The notes under the pieces are model-generated. The model was not told the DNA's origin, searched no databases, and saw nothing but the letters and a program-made list of their open reading frames with translations. From Candidatus Sulfotelmatobacter sp. (lineage in GTDB: Bacteria > Acidobacteriota > Terriglobia > Terriglobales > Acidobacteriaceae), in contig DATDGM010000140.1 of assembly GCA_036522075.1 (NCBI GenBank), positions 4,004 to 68,003 on the forward strand: a stretch of 64,000 nucleotides of DNA, written 5' to 3'. A program made the translations under genes and the position numbers. This document shows positions 19,470 through 28,661 of this stretch, piece after piece (position 1 is the stretch's first letter; every line of letters begins with the position of its first letter).

Positions 19470-20936
19470 ATGAACAAAGCTATGTCTTGCCCCTTCCACA
19501 CGCCTGAATCAGGTTATCCCTCTACTACACCGGTCTCGTTCGCGCGGTATCCCGACGAATCCTGGCTTTTCGGAGGCGCCAGCGCCGTCGCCCGGAATGC
19601 ATTGAAATTCTTTGAGCGTTGCGAACAGACCGCCGGAATCGTTCGGACGCGTTTTCTTGTGAAACGGGTTTACGTGGTCACCGATCCGACCGCGATTGCC
19701 GATGTGCTGGTAAATCATCCAAAGAGCTTCGTCAAGCCGTATGTATTGCGGCGGATGAAGGTGTTGTTCGGTAACGGCCTGCTCACCTCCAGCGGAGAGC
19801 AGTGGGCAAACCACCGCCATCTGGTGCAGCCCGCCTTTGGCGCCGAATGCATGACCGGGTTCCTCCGGCTGGTTAACGAGAATACAGAGAAAATGTTCTC
19901 GTCTTGGCGCGACGGAGACGTGCGCGATGTTTATCCGGAGATTGTTGATTTATGCATGAAAAACGTCGCGCAGACCTTGTTCGGCGTGTACGACGAAGAA
20001 ATGGGAAGCATTGTTCGGGCCCTCGCGGCAACCTGCCACGATCTTACTCATGCGGTACTCAACGTGGGCCAGTTGTTGCCCTTCCATCTCCCCGGGACGC
20101 TGAAACGGCGACTCGAGAGGGAACTCGGTGCTCTGAATAACTACCTCGGCCATTTGATTGATCAACGCCGGAACGAGCCACCGCGTCGTGACTTTCTCGG
20201 CCTCCTTCTCTCCGGTGGAGAGCACCACGCGCCTTTGAGCCGGCAGGACGTGCTCGACGAGTCGGTCACGATGCTTCTCGCCGGGCACGAGACTACAGCA
20301 TCGGCGCTGGCGTGGAGCTTGTATCTGCTGGCACGTCATCCCAAACACGCCGACGCGCTTGCTGCCGATCTCGAGTCTCACTTGGAGGGCGAAGCGCCGT
20401 CAATGAGTGATCTCGAGGATCTAACCTCGCTGCGGGCGACCCTCGACGAGACGATGCGTCTCTATCCGCCCACCCATCGGATCGGCCGCACGGTGGTATC
20501 TCCGGTTGTAATCGGTGGTCATGAAATCCCGGTTGGCGCTGACGTGCTGGTTCCGCAGTGGGCGGTGCATCGCTCTGCGCGCTGGTACGATCGGCCGCTG
20601 GATTTCCTGCCCGAACGTTGGACTCCTGCTTTTCGCCGATCACTTCCTAAGTTCGCCTACTTCCCATTCAGCGGTGGACCGCGCATCTGCGTTGGCACTC
20701 AGTTGGCCTATTCCGAGGTAGAGGCCATCCTCGGCCTGTTGGCTCAGCGGTTCCGGTATTCAATGTGCGATGACAGCCCGCTCCTGCCCTACGAGGGACT
20801 GACCCTGCTCCCCGCGGGAGGTCATCTTCGACTGAAACTCAAACGCAGAAGCATGCCCTCCGAAGTTCCGAACGAAGTTCCGAACAAAGTTCGGAACAAA
20901 GTTCCGAACAATGCGGAGCGAATGGTCTATGCGTGA
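19470..20936 (+). CDS. Cytochrome P450
   Basis: 488-aa ORF with the I-helix AGHETT, the ExxR motif (ETMRLYPP) and the haem-thiolate loop FSGGPRICVGTQLA. An unusual repetitive C-terminal tail follows (EVPNEVPNKVRNKVPNN). Confidence 0.95.
   Translation: MNKAMSCPFHTPESGYPSTTPVSFARYPDESWLFGGASAVARNALKFFERCEQTAGIVRTRFLVKRVYVVTDPTAIADVLVNHPKSFVKPYVLRRMKVLFGNGLLTSSGEQWANHRHLVQPAFGAECMTGFLRLVNENTEKMFSSWRDGDVRDVYPEIVDLCMKNVAQTLFGVYDEEMGSIVRALAATCHDLTHAVLNVGQLLPFHLPGTLKRRLERELGALNNYLGHLIDQRRNEPPRRDFLGLLLSGGEHHAPLSRQDVLDESVTMLLAGHETTASALAWSLYLLARHPKHADALAADLESHLEGEAPSMSDLEDLTSLRATLDETMRLYPPTHRIGRTVVSPVVIGGHEIPVGADVLVPQWAVHRSARWYDRPLDFLPERWTPAFRRSLPKFAYFPFSGGPRICVGTQLAYSEVEAILGLLAQRFRYSMCDDSPLLPYEGLTLLPAGGHLRLKLKRRSMPSEVPNEVPNKVRNKVPNNAERMVYA
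20861..20908 (+). repeat. Four tandem 12-bp units, each containing a GTTCNGAAC palindrome, at the 3' end of the P450 ORF
   Basis: The units are CGAAGTTCCGAA, CGAAGTTCCGAA, CAAAGTTCGGAA and CAAAGTTCCGAA, read directly from the sequence. They lie 75-120 nt upstream of the desaturase start. Confidence 0.85.
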
Positions 20937-20982
20937 ATTTTCCTTCAAGACGCGGACACTGGGCTAAAGGAGATCGGGAAAG

Positions 20983-21885
20983 ATGAGCAGCGCAACCGCG
21001 ATTCAGCCGGACGATTCAATACAAGGAATTTCACCGGTCCGCTATCGCATCGACTGGATCATGAACCTGCCCTTTCTGGGCATGCACGCCGCTTGTCTAG
21101 CGGCCTTCTGGGTGGGAATTTCCTGGCAAGCGATTGCGCTTGGCGCGGCGCTCTATGCGATCCGGATGTTCGGTATCACGGCCGGGTATCATCGATATTT
21201 TTCTCACCGCTCTTACCGCACCAGCCGCGCTTTCCAGTTCCTGCTGGCATGGATCGCCTGCTCCGCTCTGCAGAAGGGACCGCTCTGGTGGGCGGCTCAT
21301 CATCGTCATCATCACCGGCATTCCGACGAGAAAGAAGATGTGCATTCTCCTCTGCAGAGCGGATTCTGGTGGGCGCATGTGGGTTGGATCATGAGCAATA
21401 AGTACGAGGCCACCGACTTCGATATCATCAAAGACTTCCACCAATACCCGGAGCTGCGTTGGTTGAACCATTACTGGGCAGTTCCGGGAGTGCTGTTGGC
21501 TGCCGCTTGCTTGTTCTTCATGGGGTGGCCCGGCCTGGTCTGGGGATTTTTTATCAGCACAGTACTGCTGTATCACGGAACTTTTGTGACGAATTCTCTT
21601 TGCCATATGTTTGGAAGAATTCGCTACAAAACGGCAGACACCAGCCGTAACAGCTTTATCCTGGCTCTGGTCACATTAGGAGAAGGATGGCACAACAACC
21701 ACCACTATTACTCGGCTTCGGCTCGAATGGGATTCTTCTGGTGGGAGGTCGACATCTCTTACTACACATTGCGCTGCTTATCCCTCCTTGGGCTCGTGTG
21801 GGATATTAAGAAGCCAAGTAACCGAATCCTAACAATGGATGCTCCGACGCCGCGAGTTTGCGCCCAGTCGAAAGTCCAGACCTAG
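20983..21885 (+). CDS. Membrane acyl-CoA/acyl-lipid (delta-9-type) fatty acid desaturase
   Basis: 300-aa ORF with the three His boxes HRYFSH, HHRHHHRHSD and HNNHHYY. Hydrophobic segments lie between them. Confidence 0.95.
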   Translation: MSSATAIQPDDSIQGISPVRYRIDWIMNLPFLGMHAACLAAFWVGISWQAIALGAALYAIRMFGITAGYHRYFSHRSYRTSRAFQFLLAWIACSALQKGPLWWAAHHRHHHRHSDEKEDVHSPLQSGFWWAHVGWIMSNKYEATDFDIIKDFHQYPELRWLNHYWAVPGVLLAAACLFFMGWPGLVWGFFISTVLLYHGTFVTNSLCHMFGRIRYKTADTSRNSFILALVTLGEGWHNNHHYYSASARMGFFWWEVDISYYTLRCLSLLGLVWDIKKPSNRILTMDAPTPRVCAQSKVQT

Positions 21886-22412
21886 CCCGAATCGGAATCG
21901 GTTCCGCGGGCGCTGTTGACTGGATCCTTATCCATCGATTGAATCTGGTAGTGGTTTGCCGATCCATTCACCGGCGCGATAAATCGATATCCCCGCCTTA
22001 AAGCGTCTCGACAAACCGAGGAATTCTCCGAATCATCATTCAGCGCTTGCCGGAGTTTCTTGACCGCGCTATTCAGGCTGAGGTCTCAGAAGTAGCTGTA
22101 CGGTGCTCGACGCTGATTTCCAATCGCGAAAACGTCGTTCGAGCAGACGCTATTCGGAGTGACAGAAAGGAGTCCTGCGGCGCAATTCGCCGCAGAGCTC
22201 CTTGGATCACGACAGAGCGAACCGTGAGAGCCGTGGCGAATGCGACTGCTTACCAAAACGAGTTCCTCTGACGCCGGCCGCAACGGATCGCCGGGAGGGC
22301 GACCGATGCTAAGATGGCATTTTAATTCCCGCAGCATCGGCAGGGCTTGGGACAAGCGATATGGCGAGGTCGGTGATGTTTTTCTTGTTGCTTCTTGTGA
22401 CCAACGCCTCAT
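21882..22412 (-). pseudogene. Decayed winged-helix (OmpR/CadC-type) regulator remnant
   Basis: The minus-strand 108-aa ORF ends at a TGA. The same frame continues DLSLNSAVKKLRQALNDDSENS...RRGYRFIAPV. The expected PRFVETL segment is only readable in a +1-shifted frame. Together this indicates an in-frame stop plus frameshifts. The remnant is paralogous to the N-terminal domain of 15455..18763. Confidence 0.45.
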
Positions 22413-23167
22413 TGGCCCTGCTATACCCTTTTAGCCACTCCCGGCTTCTTCTTGTGGCCGTAATTTACGGCGCCGTCACACTGCTCGTCCTCTACCTGTT
22501 GTTTCATCCGCGCAACCAATGGCTGGTCGCCAACCGGTCGCGGGTCGAGGGCGCGGGTTGCCTGGCCCTGACGTTCGACGATGGCCCGGATCCGGTGGAT
22601 ACGCCAAAATTACTCGACCTACTCCGTGAGAAAGGTGTGAAAGCAACATTTTTTGTGGTGGGGAAGCGGGCGGATCAATATCCGGAAATAGTGCGCCGCG
22701 CTTGGATGGAAGGGCACTTGGTCGCCAATCACACCTGGTCGCACTATTCTTTATTTTGTTTTCTCATGCCCCGTCGGCTGCGGGCTGAGATCGAACGTGG
22801 CACGGAGAGCGTTCGCCGCAGTTGTGGTTTCCGGCCGCGCTTTTTCCGCTCGCCGGTGGGCATGCGTCACCCGCTTCTGGGGCCTTATCTCAAGGATGCG
22901 GGGCTGGAGTATGTTTCTTGGACGATTCGGACGCGTGATACACTCACTGCGAATTCCAGCGTTCTGGCCCGTCGCATCTTGAAAGCGGCAAGCGGGGACA
23001 TCATCCTGCTGCACGATCATTTGCCTGGCGGGACGGATGCCATGCTGCAAGCCCTGCCTCGGGTCATCGACGAGCTCAGGCAACGGGGATTCGAATTCGT
23101 CCTGGCCGGCCCACGCGAGGATGCCGGGGGAACACTGGAGCCGCCGGCGTGCGAATCTGTGCCCTAA
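22361..23167 (+). CDS. Polysaccharide deacetylase (NodB homology domain) with N-terminal membrane anchor
   Basis: 268-aa ORF with hydrophobic N-terminal helices. NodB motifs are present: LTFDDGPDP, TFFVVG and ANHTWSH. Confidence 0.9.
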   Translation: MARSVMFFLLLLVTNASLALLYPFSHSRLLLVAVIYGAVTLLVLYLLFHPRNQWLVANRSRVEGAGCLALTFDDGPDPVDTPKLLDLLREKGVKATFFVVGKRADQYPEIVRRAWMEGHLVANHTWSHYSLFCFLMPRRLRAEIERGTESVRRSCGFRPRFFRSPVGMRHPLLGPYLKDAGLEYVSWTIRTRDTLTANSSVLARRILKAASGDIILLHDHLPGGTDAMLQALPRVIDELRQRGFEFVLAGPREDAGGTLEPPACESVP

Positions 23168-23823
23168 TTCCGGCATTCAATGAGGCTCCTCACATCGCCA
23201 AGGTTGTGGAAGGGGCCCGGCAGCATGTTGCTGAAGTCGTCGTGATCGACGATGGCTCCGGCGATGCGACGGCGGACATTGCCCGAAACGCCGGCGCTAC
23301 TTGTTTGCAATTGCCAAGAAATTGCGGCAAGGCCTCGGCCCTGCGTGCCGGCATCGCTTTCGCGCGCGACCACAACTTTACCTACGCGATCACCCTCGAT
23401 GGCGATGGCCAGCATCTGCCGGAGGATATCCCGGCCATGCTTCGCGTCGCCGACGAAACTGGAGCGGACCTGATCATTGGCGCGCGCCGTTTCGATCGCG
23501 CCCTCATGCCTCGCTCCCGCTATTTCTCGAACATCATTGGCAGCCGGTTGGCATCGGCGCTCATTGGCTGCGAAATCCGCGACAGCCAGAGTGGATTCCG
23601 GTTATTCCGACTGGACAAACTTGGCGCGGCCAAACTGCGGAGCCGGTGCTACGAGCTCGAGATGGAAATCCTGATCAAGATGGCCCGGTCGGGCTGCACC
23701 ATTGCGCATGCTCCCGTGCGCATGATTTACGACGATGGCGAGGCGCGCTCCAAGATGAAGCCTGTCAGGGATACGGTGCGTGTCTGTCTATGGTCGTTGG
23801 CATTTCGCTTTCTGGGAGCGTGA
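23149..23823 (+). CDS. Family 2 glycosyltransferase (Dpm1/ApeJ-like)
   Basis: 224-aa ORF with a GTG start overlapping the previous gene by 19 nt. Motifs ALIPAFNEAPHI, VVVIDDGSGDAT and TLDGDGQH are present. Confidence 0.9.
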   Translation: MRICALIPAFNEAPHIAKVVEGARQHVAEVVVIDDGSGDATADIARNAGATCLQLPRNCGKASALRAGIAFARDHNFTYAITLDGDGQHLPEDIPAMLRVADETGADLIIGARRFDRALMPRSRYFSNIIGSRLASALIGCEIRDSQSGFRLFRLDKLGAAKLRSRCYELEMEILIKMARSGCTIAHAPVRMIYDDGEARSKMKPVRDTVRVCLWSLAFRFLGA

Positions 23824-23913
23824 GATGTTGCGGCGATTCAGACTGTTATGCGCTCCGCTCGCGTCCTTGATTTTTTCGGGGTTGCTGGCCGCCCAGTCCA
23901 ACGACCTTGCTGA
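23743..23913 (+). repeat. Copy A of a ~170-bp direct duplication (3' end of GT2 gene plus a truncated LolA-like signal-peptide ORF)
   Basis: It aligns by eye over its full length with 33869-34035. Shared blocks include GCTCCAAGATG, GCGTGTCTG, GGCATTTCGCTTTCT, GCGATTCAGA, TATGCGCTC, CTGGCCGCCCA and CTGCTGA. Copy A encodes a 44-codon ORF (23825-23959), MLRRFRLLCAPLASLIFSGLLAAQSNDL..., which mirrors the N-terminus of the LolA-like protein at 33948. Confidence 0.8.
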
Positions 23914-23970
23914 CCCCCATCTGGGAGGAGGCGGCACGGCGTTTGTGATGGGGAGATAGTAGCGAGCGGC

Positions 23971-25122
23971 GTGGTGTCGGCCTCATGGCCAAGCGGACCA
24001 CGGAAAGGCCACCAGGTGATCCGAGCATTTGAGGCTCAAGCCCGCAAGTTCATAACCCTCTTGCTAAAGGAGAGGCTTGACCCAGGCCGCGCTGCCGCCG
24101 CCGTATTCCTGGGAATTTTCATCGGCATTGTGCCCATCTACGGGTTTCAAACTCTTGCCGCAGTGGGCGTGGCTTTGCTCTTCAGACTTAACAAGCCCCT
24201 GACCGTGGCCGGAACCTTCATCAACAATCCGATGCTCCAGCCCCTGATTGTTGTCTCCTCAGTGGAACTGGGCTGTTTGCTCCGCGGCGGCTCATTCCAA
24301 CCTCTGTCCGCCGTGGCTATCGCGCCCACACATCTCAGCAAGGAGCAGCTTTTCATCTGGGTGATTGGCAGCGTGGCACTGGCTATCCTGGTCGGCGGCG
24401 TTGGGGCGGCGATTACTGCGGTTGTGGTCCATCTTCATCGAAAGGCGCCTGCCAATTCGCTGTTGCGGGAGCGCGTCCGCTTTGTGAACGGGATGTTTGC
24501 CCAATGCGCGCGACCGGCTCGCGGCTTCGTCCGCTGGAAACTCCGGCTGGATCGGATCTTTGAATTACTTGCCGCCGAAAACCTGGGATCGGGAACGGTA
24601 GTGGATCTGGGCTGCGGTTACGGCATGGCTCTTTGTTTTGCGGCTTTCGGCGACAACCGCCGGCGCCTGGTGGGGTGCGACTTAGATGCCCATCGCATCG
24701 CCGTCGCTCGCCAGGCACTCGGCACCCTGAACGCAGATGTGACCGTAGCCGACATCCGTCATTTCGACCTTCCGCCAGCCGGTTTAATTTTAATTCTGGA
24801 TGTCTTGCAGTATTTGCCCGCGGCTGAGCAACCGGCCCTGCTGAAACGTTGCTGCTCGGCGCTCGCGCCAGACGGAATTTTGGTTTTTCGGGTCCATGAT
24901 CGCGAACGCGGCCTCCGGTCCGCGATCACCATGGCTTTCGAGCGGTTAATCTTCGCGTGCGGGGGCGACGGCTTCCGGCCCCGAATCCTCTCCATCGCCG
25001 AGTACCGCAGCGCGCTGGAGGACGCCGGTATGAAGTTGGAAGAGCGCCGTTTCCAGAATCGTTTGCCCCTGGCCCACGTTCTATTCGTCGCCAGAAAATC
25101 TTTGGCGGAAGCTGCGCGATGA
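23971..25122 (+). CDS. DUF2062 membrane domain fused to class I SAM-dependent methyltransferase
   Basis: 383-aa ORF. The N-terminus has GIFIGIVPIYGFQTLAAVGVALLFRLNKPLTVAGTFINNP, the DUF2062 pattern. The C-terminus has VVDLGCGYGM (SAM motif I) and ILILDVLQYLP. Confidence 0.85.
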   Translation: MVSASWPSGPRKGHQVIRAFEAQARKFITLLLKERLDPGRAAAAVFLGIFIGIVPIYGFQTLAAVGVALLFRLNKPLTVAGTFINNPMLQPLIVVSSVELGCLLRGGSFQPLSAVAIAPTHLSKEQLFIWVIGSVALAILVGGVGAAITAVVVHLHRKAPANSLLRERVRFVNGMFAQCARPARGFVRWKLRLDRIFELLAAENLGSGTVVDLGCGYGMALCFAAFGDNRRRLVGCDLDAHRIAVARQALGTLNADVTVADIRHFDLPPAGLILILDVLQYLPAAEQPALLKRCCSALAPDGILVFRVHDRERGLRSAITMAFERLIFACGGDGFRPRILSIAEYRSALEDAGMKLEERRFQNRLPLAHVLFVARKSLAEAAR

Positions 25123-25228
25123 AGGTCCGTTTCCGGCGCTTCATGGACCACAAGGCCCGCTGGTTTCTGGAAAACGCGTTGCCGGTTGATCACGCACGGT
25201 CATCTATATGTTTTAAACTTTTGGCTGG

Positions 25229-26449
25229 TTGCCTCTCTTGACTGATATCCATAAAACCATCGTCGTTACCGGCGTCGGGGTCGTCAGTCCCTATGGCGTC
25301 GGGTTGGATTGCATGCAGGCGGGCATGTTATCGGGCAAGTGTTGTCTGGCGCCCACGAAGGATCTGTATCCCGGCTTCGAAGGAACGACGGCCCAGGTCC
25401 GGGGATTGCCGCTTTTGGCGGAAGACTCGAGTTCCCGATACTCGCGCACGGATCAACTCGCGACGGCGGCGGCGCAGGACGCAATGGCGCACACCGGTCG
25501 CGATGGCTCTGCCTTCCGGGAGAGCGGCGTTGTGATAGCGAACACGGTCGGGGGCTTGACCGAGATCGACACCGGAATCGCCAAAGATCCGGCGGCTTGG
25601 TTTCGGCGACCCGGCAATCTGTTGCGCGTCGCTTCATATCCGTTCGCGCACGTTGCCGACGCCGTTGGTGAGCATTTCGGGATTCGCGGACCGCGCTGTG
25701 CCATCTCTGTGGCTTGCGCATCCGGAGCGACGGCGATCGCACTGGCTGCCAACATGCTGCTCGATGGGGCCGCGCCCATTATCCTGGCAGGCGGCAGCGA
25801 CCCGCTGTGCCCGTTCACGTTGAGCGGATTTAACTCCCTGCGAGCCTTAGACCCAAACCCCTGCTCTCCCTTCGACCAGAATCGCAAGGGCCTGAACCTG
25901 GGCGAAGGATCCGCAATTCTCGTACTCGAAACCCTGGCCGGGGCCACCGCGCGTAATGCCAACGTTATGGCCGTGCTGCGCGGATGGGCCATGACCAATG
26001 ATGCATTTCATACCACCGCGCCACAGGAACAGGGAATCGGGTTGGCCGATTGCATACGCCTTTCCATGGAAATGGCGGAGGTGAGCGGCGATGAGATCGA
26101 GTATGTGAATGCCCACGGCACGGGCACACCTCTCAATGACATTGCCGAGGCCACCGCCTACGAGACCGCTTTCCGGGGACGCAAGCATCCCATTCCTGTA
26201 TCTTCGACAAAGTCATATTTCGGACACTGCCTGGGTGCGGCTGGCGCCTTGGAGGCAGCCATTACGATCATGGCCGTTCGTTCAGGAGCACTGCTTCCGA
26301 CGCTGCGGCTCGTCGATCCCATCGAGAGCCCCGGCGTTGACTGGTTGAGAGGAGAAGTGAAACGCCAGCCGCTGCCGCTGGCCATGTCGGTTTCCAGCGG
26401 CTTTGGCGGCAGCAACGCCGTGCTCATATTCGGGAGTGGTCCCTCGTGA
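25229..26449 (+). CDS. Beta-ketoacyl-ACP synthase (FabF/KAS II-like, catalytically complete)
   Basis: 406-aa ORF with a TTG start. It has the active-site block ISVACASGATAI, the His motifs HTTAP and NAHGTGTPLND, and KSYFGHCLGAAG. Confidence 0.95.
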   Translation: MPLLTDIHKTIVVTGVGVVSPYGVGLDCMQAGMLSGKCCLAPTKDLYPGFEGTTAQVRGLPLLAEDSSSRYSRTDQLATAAAQDAMAHTGRDGSAFRESGVVIANTVGGLTEIDTGIAKDPAAWFRRPGNLLRVASYPFAHVADAVGEHFGIRGPRCAISVACASGATAIALAANMLLDGAAPIILAGGSDPLCPFTLSGFNSLRALDPNPCSPFDQNRKGLNLGEGSAILVLETLAGATARNANVMAVLRGWAMTNDAFHTTAPQEQGIGLADCIRLSMEMAEVSGDEIEYVNAHGTGTPLNDIAEATAYETAFRGRKHPIPVSSTKSYFGHCLGAAGALEAAITIMAVRSGALLPTLRLVDPIESPGVDWLRGEVKRQPLPLAMSVSSGFGGSNAVLIFGSGPS

Positions 26450-27519
26450 CTCCGAATTTAGCGCCCGTCATTATTACCGGTGTCGGTTCCGTGAGTCCTT
26501 ATGGCCCGCTGGCAGGCCTAATTCCACAGAGTCCCCTGGAACCCACTACGATTACCGCCTGGACAACCGCCGGGCTGCGCCGCGCCTTTCTCGTACCGGC
26601 CTTTCGCCCTGCCAGCGTAGTGCCGGGCCTGAAGACGAGGCGTCTCGATCGCCTGTCGGCGTGGGCCTTGGTGGCCTCCGCCTTGGCTATTAAGGATGCT
26701 GGGATCGACCTAAACCAAGTGGACCGATCCCGGGTTGCAGTTATATTCGCCACCGCCTTCGGCTGTGTTGAACTCACGGAAGCGTTCTACCTCAGCGCTG
26801 CCGCCAATGGCTGGAACGGAACCGATCCCAGCACCTTCCCGGAGACTCTCCCCAGCACCCCGGCTAGTCACGTGTCTCTGTTTCACGGCCTGCGCGGGCC
26901 TAACGTCACCGTGAGTAACAAGGACTTTGCGGGCGAGAACGCCCTGATGCAAGCCGCTTCTCTGCTTCGCCATGGTCAGGCCGACTTGGCCATTGTCCTG
27001 GCGGGTGACACGCTGTCGCAAAGCCTCTATTCATGGTATGACGTGGCAGCCGTACTCTCGCCGGCGTGCTACAACTCGGATCCCGTACCGGAAGCCGGTG
27101 GTTTTATCCCCAGCGAAGGTGTAGCGGCATTGGTGATGGAATCGTCGGGCCGCGGGGATATCCGCTCCGGCGCCCGTTCTTATGCCCGACTCTGCTCGGG
27201 CCGCTGGGCAGCGGGCGGTCAACCGGCGGAGATGATCCGGCAGATGCTCGACGGATCCGTCCCAAGTCTGACAGTGTGCAGCGGGAATGGCGCGCCTTGT
27301 GCCACCAGTCCTACAACCGCCTTGGCTCGCGAGATTTCCGGCGATGGCGCCGTTATTATAAGTCCACAGACGTTTGCCCTGGGTTTGGCCGGTACGGGCG
27401 CTCTTTTTCACTTGATCCTGGCGTTAAGCAGCCGGCCCGTCCATGGGCAAGCCCTGTTCTTAGCAACCGCCGGCCATAGTGGATTTGCAGCACTTCTTCT
27501 GGAGTTGCTTGCAATATGA
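26446..27519 (+). CDS. KS-like partner subunit lacking the active-site Cys (chain-length-factor/ApeC-like)
   Basis: 357-aa ORF overlapping the KS stop by 4 nt. It has the thiolase-fold pattern GPNVTVSNKDFAGENALMQAASLLRHGQADLAIVLAGD. By my alignment to GP..TACA.G, Asp sits where the catalytic Cys should be. Confidence 0.8.
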   Translation: MTPNLAPVIITGVGSVSPYGPLAGLIPQSPLEPTTITAWTTAGLRRAFLVPAFRPASVVPGLKTRRLDRLSAWALVASALAIKDAGIDLNQVDRSRVAVIFATAFGCVELTEAFYLSAAANGWNGTDPSTFPETLPSTPASHVSLFHGLRGPNVTVSNKDFAGENALMQAASLLRHGQADLAIVLAGDTLSQSLYSWYDVAAVLSPACYNSDPVPEAGGFIPSEGVAALVMESSGRGDIRSGARSYARLCSGRWAAGGQPAEMIRQMLDGSVPSLTVCSGNGAPCATSPTTALAREISGDGAVIISPQTFALGLAGTGALFHLILALSSRPVHGQALFLATAGHSGFAALLLELLAI

Positions 27520-28514
27520 ATGTGCGCATTGCAGCCGCGGCGTATGCCGTTCCGCCCGACGATGAGGCCGTGGAAGCAGTCTTGGCGCGGGAACGAACTC
27601 GAGTGGAGACAACGCTTTCTGTGTTGAGCCCGGAGTCGAGACGAAGAGCCCTGGAAGGTCTCGGACTGAATCGCGTCCGCATCTGCGGCGACAAGAAACT
27701 TTATGACTTGATTCTCGAAGCCGCCTCCAAGGCGATAGCCGAAGCGGGGATAACCGCGCGTGACATTAATCTCATCCTCGATTACAGCACCTTGTCCAGC
27801 GAGAGCTCACAGGGTCTTTCGTTCGCGCACCAACTCAGCGCCGATCTAGGGGCTGAAACCGCGATGATCTTGAGTTTTAAAGCCGGCGGATGCGCGGCAC
27901 TTCACGTCGCCATCAAGACCGCGCTGGGCTGGATGACTACGGATGAAAGCATTCAGACAGTCTTGCTGGTCACTGGCGACGCCGCACCGCCAGGCAACCG
28001 CTCGTTGCTTCCTATCACCATGCATGGCGACGCCAGCAGTGCCGTCATTCTGCGCCGCCAGGCCACGGAGGGCCCTTCGCTGTTGGGCGTTGAAGCCATG
28101 ACGCTCGGTCACCTTCATAATGCGATTGCCCTGGTCAGAACCAACGGCCACCTCGATATTATGGTCGATGCTCTATGCATTGAGCGAGAGGTAATGCCGA
28201 TCTACTTTCTCAACATGCTTCTGGTAGTGAATAAGGCGCTGGCCGCGTCTTCCTTGAGTTTGACTGATATTGACCATTTCATCTATTCCAACATCAGCCT
28301 GCGGGACCGCGAGGGTTTCCGCAAGATGCTGGGACTGCCCAGGGGCAGCCTGCCGCCGACTCCCATGGCAGAATATGGCCATACCTTTGCCAGCGACTTA
28401 GTCATCAATTATGTGAATATGCGGCGCGAGGGGCTGATTCGTCCCGGGCAATTGTTGCTGTTCGCATCGGCTGGCGTCGGCTTCACCTGGGGAGTAACGC
28501 TTGCCCGAGCCTGA
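27516..28514 (+). CDS. KAS III (FabH)-like enzyme with non-canonical catalytic residues
   Basis: 332-aa ORF with a 4-nt overlap to the previous gene. The Cys motif FKAGGCAALHVAIKTA is present. The region equivalent to HQAN reads YSNISL, and the GNTSAAS equivalent reads YGHTFASD. Confidence 0.8.
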   Translation: MNVRIAAAAYAVPPDDEAVEAVLARERTRVETTLSVLSPESRRRALEGLGLNRVRICGDKKLYDLILEAASKAIAEAGITARDINLILDYSTLSSESSQGLSFAHQLSADLGAETAMILSFKAGGCAALHVAIKTALGWMTTDESIQTVLLVTGDAAPPGNRSLLPITMHGDASSAVILRRQATEGPSLLGVEAMTLGHLHNAIALVRTNGHLDIMVDALCIEREVMPIYFLNMLLVVNKALAASSLSLTDIDHFIYSNISLRDREGFRKMLGLPRGSLPPTPMAEYGHTFASDLVINYVNMRREGLIRPGQLLLFASAGVGFTWGVTLARA

Positions 28515-28661
28515 AGCAACCCTGGCTGCCGGACCGGCTTCTGGGTAAGGCAGCGGCCAGGCTCAATGCTTGCGCTCAAGATCGAAGATCACTGTGGCGT
28601 TAAATGCTTTTTGCGGATTTGGGCAGGAATGTTCACACGGTGCGTACCAGGCTGAGTTCCC

